A stretch of DNA of 63,816 nucleotides, the filler included, from Hyphochytrium catenoides (Eukaryota; Protista; Hyphochytriomycota): assembly GCA_900088475.1 (NCBI GenBank). It is 14 parts of 14 records of this genome, joined end to end, with 100 filler letters (N's around TTAATTAATTAA, not from the genome) between each part and the next. Parts side by side here need not be neighbours in the genome. Positions count along the whole stretch, not along the records: positions 18,463 to 44,180 come from FLMG01003279.1; 13 more parts are not named here. The stretch is one strand, 5' to 3'. A model generated the notes under the pieces. The model worked only from the letters and a program-made list of their open reading frames with translations, made no database searches and was not told where the DNA came from. Within the stretch, counting starts at the first letter, position 1. Every line of letters starts with the position of its first letter. Positions 24,375-36,763 of the stretch are shown one piece after another. A program made the position numbers and the translations under genes.

Positions 24375-27300
24375 ATGGAAGAGCAGCAATCGTCGGAAGT
24401 GGAAACGCGTGGCAGTAAAGCCACATCGAGCGATAAACTGATGGAAAGGCTCAACCCAAGTGGAGAACTTAATGCGATAATTCGGCAAGAAGTGGAGGGG
24501 ATCTATGGCAAGCTCAAGAGGTCAGCACCGCCCTGACTAGAAGCCAAGTCTATCGTCACTAACCTAAAGTTCTCGTCACTCTAGCCTCCAGGAAGAGTTC
24601 CACTTCCCCCCATTCCGTACGGTGAGCCAGCCTATGGTATTCGTCTTAGGGAATCATTCCTCGGGTCAGTATCCTTTCTCTGCTTTTGTTCCGTTGGTCG
24701 CATGCTGAGCTTGCCTGCCTGAATCCTTTGACAGGGAAATCAACTTTTATCAACCATCTCATCGGCCAACCAGTGCAGAAGACAGGGCGAGCGCCAACAG
24801 ACTATGCCTTTACAATCATTTCTGGGGGACGAAGGTAGGTGCCTCGTAAGNNNNNNNNNNNNNNNNNNNNNNNNNNNNNNNNNNNNNNNNNNAGTTTCCC
24901 TTTGGAGACGTAGAGGCACTTTTTGGACGGGATTTTGTCTCTCAAGTCGAGCTCAAGGTTAGGATTAGCAACGAGCAAAGCTAAGGAGCCACGCTAACTC
25001 TCAGTGACGTACTCTCTTCATCTCCTTTCCTCTTCTTTTCCAGGTCGTCAAGGGCTCTGAGCTGCTGGACCAGACAGGAATGCTACTCGTCGACTCTCCT
25101 GGAATGATTGACCCACCTGGTAGCTTCCTCTATAGCTATCACATCCTCTTTCTTGCTCTACATTGACCTTCCTGACTCTGCTGGACTGCTATGATAGGGA
25201 TGAAAAGGGATTCTGACGGCTCGCACCAGCGGAGTGACATGGATCGTGGCTATGACTATAAGAGGGTTGTGAGGTGGTTCGCAGGTGCGTTCCAAGACTC
25301 TTCTTTCCGTTCTACCGCCTTCCACGAGCACATGCCTCAACCTCTAGCTTCCCTTGTCTTTCAGTTGACATGTCCTTTCTCCGCCAGCGGACTCGCATAG
25401 ACAATATTATCTCATGTTCTCATTCAACTCCTCGCTCCTTCATGTTCCGAATGGCCCGTTTGCGCCTTCGTCCCAGATCGCTCTGATGTCATCATACTGA
25501 TGTTCGACCCTGATAAACCGGGCACTACCTTTGAGACGTTGGACGTCCTCACCTCTTCTCTCTCTCATGTCTCGAATAAGGTCAGTCTAGCCACCCTTTC
25601 ACCATCGCAACTTACTTCCTCTGACTGTCGACTGTAGCTTCACGTGGTGCTGAACAAGGTGGATGACTTTAGATCAGTGCACGACTTTGCGCGCGCTTAT
25701 GGGGCTCTTTGTTGGAATCTAAGCAAAGTGACGCCACGGAAGGTACGATCACGAGGGAGAGAGAGAACGAATATGCAATGAAGGAGATGTGGGAGCAGCT
25801 AAGCCAAAGAGCGAGAGAGAAGGAGTAAGGTGGATAGCGAATCTCAAGGGAAGTCTAGGAGAGGACAGGAAGCTAGCAAAGAGAGCCCTGAAGTCTCAAG
25901 AAGGCCAGTCCTAGGTCGAAAGCTGAAGATGCGCCGCGCCTAGACAGGGAGCTATTGAGGAGTGAGGAGACCGTTAGGCATTGACAATAGTGACTGACAG
26001 GATATGCCTCACATCTACGCGATGTATGTGCCCCTTGAAGAAAATGCGCTGAGCCCGAGGAGTCGAGGCACAGATGGGAAAGGTAATCAACCTTGTCTCA
26101 TCCGCTGCGTTCCTCTGTGTTTCGATATTCATCAAGGCTCACCTTTCGCCGCTGCAGCCACAGAGCTACGTAGACTCTTTGCAAGAGAATTTGATAGCAC
26201 TAGGGAGGAGGTGAGAGATGGACTGTGGAGCGAATGCACTGTTAATCGACTCTAACCACTATACCTTGGCCCCAAAGCTCATTCACGAGGTGTCCTTGGC
26301 TCCAGAGAGATCCACGGACAATCTCATTAGCGAGCTCAAGGGGACAACGCGCAGTCTCGAGGTGCGTTGAAGGAACCCAGAAGGAGCATTGGGAAGGCTC
26401 TAGATAGCCGATTATCCTCTCTCCGAGCCCCATCTATGCAGTGTCATGTTCTAAACCTCCGCGTTCTCCCACGACTCGACAGATGCACTGCAGTGTGCTG
26501 GAGGAATGCAGAGCCGACTACTTCGCACTGAAGAGAAGATTGAAGATCTACTCCATCGCCATTGCCTCCATAGGTCCTGTTTCTTTTCTGGGCTTTTGGT
26601 GTCTCAAAATACTGATGCTTTTTGCTGCACCTCCAGCCCATTGTACCTCTTTCACCACTTTTAGCTTGCTTTATCTTCATCTCCGTGCTGTACCATTCTT
26701 CAGCTCACAAGGACTGAGGTTTCTTGCACAGGACTATCGGCGGCTGTTATTTATTTGTATAAACACTGGGGTACCCGCTCCGCTGGTGCTATTCTCTCCG
26801 CAGCAGCCAAGGACATTAAACCGGAGGCATCTGCAGGCGGAGAGGCAGCAGCAGCAGAAGGCTCCCAAGCGTCGTGGAAGGCGCAGTGGGCAATGCAAGA
26901 AGCTCGAGCTAAGGTCAGGGATTGCTTCCAGAAGTTCCGCTCGCCCCTGGTGGGTCTAAAGCACCTGTTCCTCTCGCTCTTTCCTCAGGTCACGTTTAGC
27001 TGGTCCAACTTCCTGTCCATACTAGGCGCCACAGGTCAGTGCTAACCAAGTCCTCCAACTTCCAGCTCTGGAAAGAGACACATGCCTCGTCTGGTTCTTC
27101 CATCACGTCGCTCTCAGTCTCCTTCATCTTTCCTTATTCACATATATCGCTTACTCTGCCTATGTAAAAGGTGGATCTGTACTGGTCAGCTTGCGTTCAA
27201 CCACCTTAGCGCTCCAGACCAAGCAGAATAGAGCCGTGAGAGCCATCGATGGCATCTTTCAGCGTCTATATGCCCGAGAGATCGCCAACCCAGACACCAG

Positions 27301-27544
27301 CGCAGACATCCAGGCTCGCTGGACCGCTGCTCGGCCAAGTATAGAGCTCGCTCTCGGCGCAGTCCCGCTGGAAGACATGCCCCCACTGACAGGCGAGAAA
27401 AAAGAACAGATCAAGGCCGTACTTTCCACACACATCCCGCGGCTCGACCGCTGTGTGCGGGACAGAATTGGGGACGACCACCAGTTTCTGCTCTCAAAAC
27501 ATCGCACACAGCTCTCCAGCCTACTGCGCACTAAGAGTGTCTAG
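24375..27544 (+). CDS. EHD/sarcalumenin-like dynamin-superfamily GTPase, multi-exon, with hydrophobic segments in the C-terminal half
   Basis: PMVFVLGNHSS|GKSTFINHL (G1), QKTGRAPTD (G2), LLVDSPGMID (G3), DRGYDY...WFA|DRSDVIILMFDPDKPG, VVLNKVD (G4), RAYGALCWNLSKV. Confidence 0.9.
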
Positions 27545-27599
27545 CCGCCTAGTTCTCCTCGCTATAACCATAACTTATCCCATCGGTTTGTTCCTTTTC

Positions 27600-29116
27600 T
27601 CAACCCGCCTGCGGCACTCTGTCTCGGACCACACTGCAGCACACAGTCACATCGTCTCCAGTCGCCAGTTTGCGGGTCAGGAGTGCTTCTAGACCTCCCA
27701 CAGTGAATATTACGTTCCTGCACTGCCCGCTGTCATCCTGTGCGCCGGCCTCAGCGAATGGGCCTGTAATGACTGGGCTCAGGAGGGAAGGCGACCCCCC
27801 TTGACCATTTAAAACGTTGACAATCTCTTGGGGCGAAATGGCAGGCGACCTACTGCTTTCTTTACGTTCCTGCACCGTCCGCATCAGTCTCGCCATGGGA
27901 CCGCGTCCCTCTCCGGCTCTGGCGCGCTTTAACGCGTGCTGAGCCAGCACATCAGCCATTTCCTGAGGCTGTAGATGTGCGTTGTGGCTGATGAGCAGCT
28001 CGAGCTCCTCCTGGAGCAGTGCCATCGTGACGCCGTCACTCACTGTCAGTACCAAGTCTCCAACCTTCAAGGGGCTGAAGGTTTCCACAGCGACGGCTAC
28101 TTCATTGTCAATGTCGTTACTCAGCCTACAGAGGTGAAGATCGGAGGAGGATTGATGAGGAGTGGGAGAGGGAGGGGAGTGAACGAGGAGAGAGCTATCA
28201 ACTGCTGCTGATGATGAGCCTAAGGAGACAGGAAGGAAGGCAGAGTGGCTGCGCCAGATGCTTTATAATGTACGACGGACGATCGACCGAGGCAGAGGCA
28301 AGAGAGAGAACCCAGTGAGGTAGTGAAGCGAGAGAAGAGAAAGCGGCAAGGCTCATCTCTACTTTGCTTCAAAGTCACCTGTCCGGGAGTGGCGGGTTCG
28401 CCATCCGCGTGCCGCTGTGGTAGACGATCTCACGGTCCCGAAGGACTATTGTCTTGCCGTTCCCGACAGAGAAGCAGCAGAGGAGCTGCTGCTCGGGGTG
28501 TAGCACGCAGAGCTGCAGTTGACAGCCTGTAAATAGGGAGCCAGCCTGTGACCTTGCTCGTTCTATGGCAGACTCAACTGTCTTAGAGAGCGTCTTCATG
28601 GTCTTGCTGGGTGTCCTTCTCCTTGGGAGAAAGGACTTGGAAGGCCCACTGAGTTGAATCATCAGCTCCACTGTTAAGGACCGAGCGAAGTCTCTCGCAG
28701 CAGCTCGTGTGGATCCCGCATCGCAGAGGATCTAGCGGCATTGATAGAGGAAAAGTAGCCAGCATGGTAAGAGGAGAAGCGAGGGTGAGAGCCAGAGCAG
28801 GAAGAGAGAAGAGAGAGAGTGCGAAAGGAAGAGACAGGTTAGCGAGGTGCGAAAGAGAGCCAAAAGGAATGAGCTAAAGGAGATGAGAAAGAGACCAGCA
28901 CAACGAGAAATTAAAGGATTGAAGAAAAGAGAAAAGGAGGAGGCAACGAGAGGAATGGAGAGAAGTCACAAAAGAGAGAGATCGCTGCTGCTCTCTGGAG
29001 GAGGCCGATACTGACATGAAATCTCTCACTGACGGCGGCACAGTCTCCGGCTTCTTTGCTTCCATCTGCGGCGGGGATGATCCTGCAGCCCACACTGAGC
29101 CCTGCCTGCGACTCAT
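27600..29116 (-). CDS. Divergent PP2C/PTC7-like phosphatase-domain protein
   Basis: ILCDAG..., CFSVGNGKTIVLRDREIVYHS, LKVGDLVLTVSDGV, ADVLAQHA, GDDVTVCCSVV follow PTC7 motif order; first exon and start are uncertain. Confidence 0.7.
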
Positions 29117-32100
29117 GATGACCCCGGACGACCCACCGCGGACGCAATCCTGTCGGACAGAACGTCCCTGCGTCCTCCTCTGCCGTGTCCACCATCGCAG
29201 AGGTGGATTATAGGCACCGTCTGACCAAAAAAGAAGAGAGAAGGGATGGTTCAAGGTTCTATATGAGAAGAAGAAAAAGGAAAGAAGTGAGAGAAGAAGA
29301 GATGCGCGGCAGCTGCCACAGCAACTTCCTAATAGCTTGTGGTCGTTCTTAACGGCCTGCTGGTCCAAGCTACTATGTCATGCTGCTGGTCGCTCTGGTG
29401 CTGCTCTTCCGCATGCCGGTCAATCCTGGTAACGAGGCTTGCTGCGTGAGGAGGCTGCTGGACGTTGGTGCGTAACGAAATGAGCGGAGGCGCGCGATGT
29501 GGTGACGAGGAAAGAGAAAGAGGAAGAGGGGTGAGGAGGAGAGAGAAGCTGCTACGGCTGAGAGCTCGAGGCAGTCAAAGAGGAGATAGGCTTGTGCTCC
29601 TAGGGCAAAGAAGGAGGGTGCAGGGACTGCTGAGGAGGGAGGCGAGAGGGGAGAGAGAGAGAGGAAGGGAGAAAGAGGGAGAAGAGAGAGAGAGAGAAGA
29701 ACAGAAAGGAGATCCCAAACTGCCCGTTATTTACTCAATCACCCCCAGTGTTCCCCCCTCCAAAACTAACTGGTAGATAACAGCGTAAGGTGACTCTCAT
29801 AAGACTCTCAGACTGGTAAATACCGTCAGGAGTCATCGAGGAGGGAGGGAGGCAGAGATAAAAGGAGGAGGACGATGGCACTGCACTCCTGCTTCTGATG
29901 GGAGGAGGATGACTGATGATGATGAGCGGCAGCGGGAGACGGACGACCAGCGTCCTGCTTCTTGTCGGCTGATAACCGGATGACGATGATGAGAAGACGT
30001 CTACTCCTTTTGGTTGTCAGCGTCTACTACCACCCCTGTTCATTCGCTTCTTTCGATGACAGAATGAACCTTCTTCCATGTATCCGGGCAACAGGCGCTA
30101 AGGGCAACAGGCGCTATGCTGCCTCCCGCTGCTAATGAGCTGCTCGTCTGGCTCCATTGGCTCGTAGCTGCATATAGTAATCCTAGCAGGACCACCAGGA
30201 GGACTGATGGTAATAGGGTTCGAGGATAGGTGTCATCCTTCGCCTCCTCTGACATTAACAGCGTGGCTCCTAGCAATAACGATAAGAGGAGATCGGCGGT
30301 ACAGAGGCGCCTCCTCCTGTCTTGGTATCGACTAGCGGAACTCTCTCGCCTCCTTCCTACCACCAAGGGAGAGAGGGAGCGTGGCCGCGACTAACAAAGA
30401 ATGCAATAATCAAGCTAATTATGAGTCCCAGGCCCTTGTAGGCGCCAAGGGGGAAAGTGCTACGTGCAGGGCTAGTCATTTCCAAATATCTGTGTGGTTG
30501 AGCTGATTAAGCCGCTTATGCCGCCAGAGAGTGATAGGCTCGTGCTTGCTTGTAGCAGCTGCGGCAACACTTGGAGCAGGCGAAGAGCCACTCGCCTCCT
30601 CCTGTGCAGCAGGCGTGGGAGGAGTAACAAGCGGTTCCATTGGTCAGACCACTACGTCTCCCTTGCTCCAGTGAAGTTGTCTTTGCAATGTCCTTGACCA
30701 GTGATGGACTGAGAGCGTAAGCTCCATTTGAGGTAAATAACACTGCTTCACCCGAGGAGTCTTGGATGTATGGCCCAATAATAGAGAGAAGATGTTTGGA
30801 AAAGCCTGGCGCATAATAGAGTACTACTAGGACTCTGCTGTCATCTGAAAGTGCTACCATGATTCCGGCGGCACCATTAGCAGCCGTCCGCTCGAGCAAC
30901 AAGAGCAACAAGGCAGGAGGAGGATGACCAACAAGAAGGAGGTGCAGCGCATTTACTATTATCGGAAGCTGAAAGATGGGAACCAGGTGTTGGTGCCACA
31001 GAACCAGCAGCAGCAGCACAGCCAGGAAGGACGACAGAGCGCCGCATGCACCAGGTCTAGCATGGCTATCGTAACGAAGGCCTACTCGAAGGTCTTGCCT
31101 AGACTGACACCTGAGTTGGACAAGGATTATCGGAAGTTTGTGGGACCGAAACGATCATTTCTCAAACGGAAGCAGCAGATGATGGAAGCCGCAACGAGGC
31201 AATCAACGTCTCAGCAGGACGGGGACAGTTAATCTATCGGGGAGCCAACACCCGCGGCATCATCGTCCAGGTTGAAGCACCATCACCTGAGTATAGTGAC
31301 TTCGAGACTGACAAATTTGGTGCGGAGGCTGAGTTGCTCCAATAGTGGCGGTCTCTGTATTGCATACATCCTTAGGAAACTGCCTTCGTTTCCTTGAAGA
31401 GGAGTGGCTTCTCGAAAGAGTTGCGGATCGTCGTAGTGGAACTCTCATCCTCTTCTACGACAGCTCTGAAGCTGCTGCTGCGGGACGTAGTGCCTCGCAT
31501 ATAATAGAGCATCAGACCTCCTTGCATAGATGGTGCCTGAGACCATGCCTTTCGGACTTCCTGGACATCGTAAAGGTTAATTCTTATTAGAACACACATA
31601 CATCGCAAGGCCCGCAGGGTCGACTCTCGACGATATCTGCCGTTCAACTTTCTCGGCGTGACACATGGAGAAGTTATCAGAGAAAGACGAGATCAGCAGT
31701 GACTGCTCAAAACACTCACTTGGTGGGTCGCGCGAGCAACTTCCATTTTCGTAGGGGAACGGGGAGAAGAGTACCAGAGCTTGTTGAATCTACTGGCAAA
31801 GTATCTCCCTCGCTGATCTCTACGATACCATAATAGAGATGAGATCAATCACGGACGGGAGCCCCTGAGTCAGATGGCAGCCGGCAGCAAAAGACAGTCG
31901 AACAGACTGATGATGTTTTGATGAATGCTGGCGGCGATGCAGATGGAGCTCCTTTCCATCTTACAAAAGGAGCAGAACTAATTATTTGGCCTTACGTATG
32001 GTCTTTTATACCTTCTTCCACTAATCGTGACCGACTGGGCAACGGTGACGGATGAGCGCGAAGAATGGTGGCAGATGAGCACCTCATTACCGATACACCA

Positions 32101-33740
32101 AATGTCTGCGAAGCTGGCTTATTGAGACTTCAGGGGCTCTATTTTATTAAGGCGATAGAAGTGCAAAGTACTATTATCTTGACTCTCAAATCTTCCGCAG
32201 ACTCCACTTACTCCTGATGTCTCATGAATGCGCACTCGATGTCCCACTGTAAGATGGCTTCAACATAACCTCGTCTTACCCGACGTCGCTGTCATCATTG
32301 GCAGAGCAGCAAGCAGGCACCGTCAGACTGAGAGGAGAGTAGCGTAGGCGTAACTAGCTCCAGATGTAAGAGGGGCTCATGCGGGCTGTAGCTAGTAGCA
32401 GGGACGGAGCAAGCTGGGTCGCGACGAGGGGAGGAAAGCGGTCAAGAAGGAAAGTTACCCCTGTCAGTCACACCACTTACCACTTATATAGGCAAGGCCA
32501 CCGATCATCATCATCTCAGCGAGGAGGTAGTTGGGATACTGAAGGGACAGGGTAGAAAGAAGGACAGATAGAAGCAGAGGGATGGCCCATGGGCATGCTT
32601 CTTGCTCTCTCTATTTCTCTCTATTCTATAAGCCGCCAGTGCTGTCTGTCATCAGAACATAGCTCGCGACATAAGGAGAGAGGCAGCGAAACGAGAGGTC
32701 ACACAGCCAACATGAACGATGGGATGGGACAACACACGCGAGCGAGAGGATGTAACAGGCAGATGATGATGCAGAGAGAACCAGAAGACCCTCATCATTA
32801 TAAAAGAGAGAGAGAGAGGAGGTGACAGAGAGAAGTGAAGAGAGAGATTGAAGAACAAGAGAGACTGGTGAAAAGAGATAGCGATTACGAGGTGGAGGGA
32901 GAAAAAACCAAGAGAGAGAGAGAGAGAGAAAGAAAAAGAAAGAAGAGAGAAAAAGAGAGAGAAAGAGAGAGAAAAAGAAGAGAGAAAAAGAGAGAGAAAG
33001 AGAGAGAGAGAGAGAAAGAGAGAGAAGAGAGAGAAAGAGAGAGAAAGAGAGAGAACGAGAAAGGGAGAGAAAACGAGAAAAAGAGAGAGAGAGAGGGAGA
33101 GAGAGAGAGAGGGAGAGAGAGAGAGAGAGAGAGAGATGTTGTGGGTGTGTGTATGCGGAAACTTCTGGGTTCCCTCCCTGCTGGTGGCCGCCACCAGAAC
33201 CTGCGGAGGGATTCTTATCCCGTGTGCGTCGTACACGTACATCAGTCTGTTCTGTGTTGAAGCTGTGAAGCTATAGTAGTATGCCGGCTTAAGCCTTCGA
33301 TACTGCAGGTAGTATAATAACCTTGGCGATGGGCATTGGACAGCTGAGTAGGACCCTGGCCCACCCATCCCATCCGCCATCGTCTTTGTGACACGCTTGA
33401 CCATAACTTTTTCTACCTCAACGATTCGCTACAGACCACCCATCCCACACAGTGCCGTAGAAACCTCTATCATTTCATTTCCTTCAACCCTTCCCACCCA
33501 TCCTCCCTTACACACCCGTCGGGTCTATGAAACTCCCTCACCTGCTGAGACATCTCTCACAGACTGCTGTACACCGCGAACATCGCCGTACACGTCGCAC
33601 GCACATAAACGACGGATAGGGAGAACACAAGGGAGGACAAAATACCGCTGCGTCTCTCTCCTCTTCTCTCTCTCTCTCTGTCATTCTTTCTCTCTCTCTC
33701 CCTCTCTCTCTCTGTCTTTCTTTCTCTTTCTCTCTCTCCT

Positions 33741-33780
<40 letters not shown>

Positions 33781-34387
33781 TCTGCCTCGCGTCTCAGCGC
33801 CTCAGGAAAAATCACGTTCCCAGTTCCCAGCTTCTCTCTGACTGTCCTGCTCCTTCAGCTCCTTCCTTCTGGCTCGTCCTGCGCGATGGAGCTTGTCAAT
33901 GAAGCTGCTTGCTCATCATCCATAGTGTCTCATTAGCCTCGGCGATTACGCTTCTGTTGCCAGCGTCGACACAGTGGAGAGCTGGGTAGCTTGTCTGCAT
34001 TTTAGAAACTTCACTTCCAGTGACTGCTATAGATGCTCCCAGCGGTGTCGTCTCAGCTTGGCAATGTTCAGTAGCGTGGCGCTATTGCCGTGGAGAAGGT
34101 TTCTTGGGAGAGGTAGCGGCCCAGCAGCCTGAAGAGAACGAAGGAAGAGTTATATGCACACACACTGATCCGAAGTGAGAAACGCTTCAAGGCCAGCCAA
34201 GCCATTAGAAGCTCTTCTCAGAAGTCTCACTTCTCAAGGTTCATCGTCAAGAACAGCAAAAGAGGACAGCTCTGGCCCGCTAGTCAACCCAACTCTTTGT
34301 ATTAGCCTTGGCTTCGACACCCGTTGCCGCCTCGTTTTTTAGCGTTCTCTGGCTACGTACCATTGAAGCTGTCCCTAGGGGTTCTAT

Positions 34388-34945
34388 ATGTGCAAAATGA
34401 CTGAGGTCATGAACGGAAGAGTAGCTGTGGGCTCACTCCTGGCTGGGGAGCCTTACGGGACCCTGAGCAAGAAATCGGTTCTTCAGCTGGAATCCAATCC
34501 CACTTGTGGGGAAAGTACTCAGGCCGAAGGACGCTGCGATGCTTGCCCCAACTGCTACGACGTCTGCGATATTCAAGGCTGTCTGAGCTGCTTGAGGAAG
34601 GCTCACTGCGTGCTTAAGGAAATCCAGGGAGTGAAGAAGGGCGAGAGGATATTTACGGAATGTGAGGTGCGGCGACACAAGTCGAAAGAGAGCTGCTGGA
34701 TTGTGGTGGAAAGGACGGTGTACGATTGCACCGAGTTCCTTCGCCAGCACCCAGGCGGCATCAACTGCATCGTCAAGCGGTCAGGCGGACAGGACTGCAG
34801 TCGGGACATGGCTTTCCATTCCAAGACGGCCCGCAAGCTGCTGCAGTCGTTCAAGATGGGCCGTTTGGTGGAGTGCGGGAGTGTGGAGCATGTGAGCAGC
34901 TGCCAGCGCTGCCTGCCCACACGTGCGGAGTGTACAATAATGTAG
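34388..34945 (+). CDS. Cytochrome b5-like heme-binding domain protein with Cys-rich N-terminal segment and C-terminal CaaX (CTIM)
   Basis: FTECEVRRHKSKESCWIVVERTVYDCTEFLRQHPGG...GQDCSRDMAFHSKTARKLLQSFKMGRL (both heme His present); single exon. Confidence 0.9.
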   Translation: MCKMTEVMNGRVAVGSLLAGEPYGTLSKKSVLQLESNPTCGESTQAEGRCDACPNCYDVCDIQGCLSCLRKAHCVLKEIQGVKKGERIFTECEVRRHKSKESCWIVVERTVYDCTEFLRQHPGGINCIVKRSGGQDCSRDMAFHSKTARKLLQSFKMGRLVECGSVEHVSSCQRCLPTRAECTIM

Positions 34946-35473
34946 ATTGGTGATGGCTTTATTTATTATAGAGCTGTCGCTGACGGCACTAGCTTGTTCC
35001 ATTCGCTGTATATAAGTTATAAGTCCTTCAAGGGCGTGACATCTTCCATAATGACCATCCGCGATGCTTTCTCGCCCCTCCGCGCATGTAAAAAGGGCCG
35101 ATTGTATACTGCAGAGTATTGGTCACTTCAGATTCGAGACTTAACCCCAAAAGCTAGGACACAGAAGGGCTGACGGGCTGCCTTTTAGCCAAACGTAGGA
35201 TAGGGACAGCCACAGTTGATTAGAGGACGGCATCTCTCTCCCACATTCTCCGTCTGGTCTTTCGACAGAGAAAGCATATGAATGCCAGGAAGAGAGAAGG
35301 AGAGACTTTCCGCACATAGTTCTCTCGCTTTTCCCCCCCATGACTTCTGTATATCCTTCACGTCTAGGGAGTGAGAAGAGTCTGGCAAAACGCCCTTGGA
35401 ACGGAGCGGTCTTCTCTTTCATGTGACTGGATTGGCGCAACTTTGTCATAATAGTTGCCGAGTACCGGTGTCC

Positions 35474-36763
35474 CTACCCAGGCTGCAGCCTTATGTTATC
35501 GCGAGGGGACGTCACCCGGCTAATGATAGTCTGTGAACCTTCCAGCTGTACCTCTTTGCGGTGTCCTTTTTTTGCCGCCTCATTGGGCGGAGAAGTGATG
35601 GACCGTCCTCTCTCCCTTGACTGGAGAGAAGGCGAAGGCGGCGGTGAGGTCTGCGGATGCCCCTTCAACCTCTCAAGTGGGCTACTATTCTGACCCCTCA
35701 AACTCCGTGGGCTTCGCTTCTCCCCAACTCCATCTAGCTCTTTCTTTCCCTCGGCGAACAATGCGGCCGCCTCCAGATCAGGCAGCTCACTGTACGCCAC
35801 AGCCCGGTGCTCCGCCGGCAGCGGTGCCGTGTGGTAGAGATAAATGGCGATGACGCTGGTCCCCATTCCGCAAAGGAAGTTCGGTGTAACCTTGAAGTCG
35901 AAGACCACCACACTCACCCACATCGTCAGCAGCATGGCCACCGCATGCCCAAAGACGGCGGCGATATTGTCCAGGAACTTGAAGATGACGCCAGCTGCCA
36001 GCCCCGCGGAGGCTTGGACCAACATGACGGCCACGGCCCACCAGTTATAACCGTCAAAAAAGCCTTTCTCCGACAGTCGCTGGGAGTCCCTGAGGAAGAG
36101 ACCCACACAGTTGAACAACACACCGAATAGGTACATCTGGCAGTTCTGCAAGGCAAATGGCTCCTCTCGCTTCTTCAGAATCCACTCAGAGTACAAGCCT
36201 GCAAGTGAGGCGATAATAATGGCGAGAAGGACAAGGGGAACCCAGACCACCAATGCAGCCTCCTTCTTTCCTTCTGCCGATGCGGACGCCTCCCGGGTTG
36301 TCCCAGCGTCTGACTCTGCCCCAATGATGCCGAAGAGGAGGAGACAGATGGCACACCACTGCACCTGGCTGAGGCGTCTCTTGAAGATGCAGCGGAAGAG
36401 AATAGCAGTAATGACGATTTTCAGGTTCCAGCAGACGGCTAAGGTGGGAGGATCGATCAGCTCCAGGATGAGGAAGGTGAGATTGTTATCAAGCGCGTAC
36501 AGCAGCGCCGGCACTGCATAATAGAAGAGACCAGGGCAGCTGAAGCGCTCAAGGGGTAGCGTGGCAATGGCGACAGTGAGGGACACCACTAGCTTAATCA
36601 CCTCCGCCAAGAGTGACACGGTGATAAACATATATGGGACCTTGGCCTCGGAGTCCTTTGACGCACGGATGAGAAGGTTGCCTGATGCTGCAAGGCAGGA
36701 GAATAAGAAGACGAGCAGCAGCTTTGGTCGCGAGCAGCCCGCGGGCTCTGTCAGCCCACTCAT
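35474..36763 (-). CDS. Nucleotide-sugar transporter, SLC35A family (CMP-sialic acid/UDP-galactose/UDP-GlcNAc-like)
   Basis: Many TM helices; AEVIKL, YAVPALLYALDNNL, NLKIVITAIL, RRLSQVQW, AGLYSEWILK, QNCQMYLFG, GFFDGY, KFLDNI; intronless. Confidence 0.93.
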   Translation of the reverse strand: MSGLTEPAGCSRPKLLLVFLFSCLAASGNLLIRASKDSEAKVPYMFITVSLLAEVIKLVVSLTVAIATLPLERFSCPGLFYYAVPALLYALDNNLTFLILELIDPPTLAVCWNLKIVITAILFRCIFKRRLSQVQWCAICLLLFGIIGAESDAGTTREASASAEGKKEAALVVWVPLVLLAIIIASLAGLYSEWILKKREEPFALQNCQMYLFGVLFNCVGLFLRDSQRLSEKGFFDGYNWWAVAVMLVQASAGLAAGVIFKFLDNIAAVFGHAVAMLLTMWVSVVVFDFKVTPNFLCGMGTSVIAIYLYHTAPLPAEHRAVAYSELPDLEAAALFAEGKKELDGVGEKRSPRSLRGQNSSPLERLKGHPQTSPPPSPSLQSRERGRSITSPPNEAAKKGHRKEVQLEGSQTIISRVTSPRDNIRLQPG

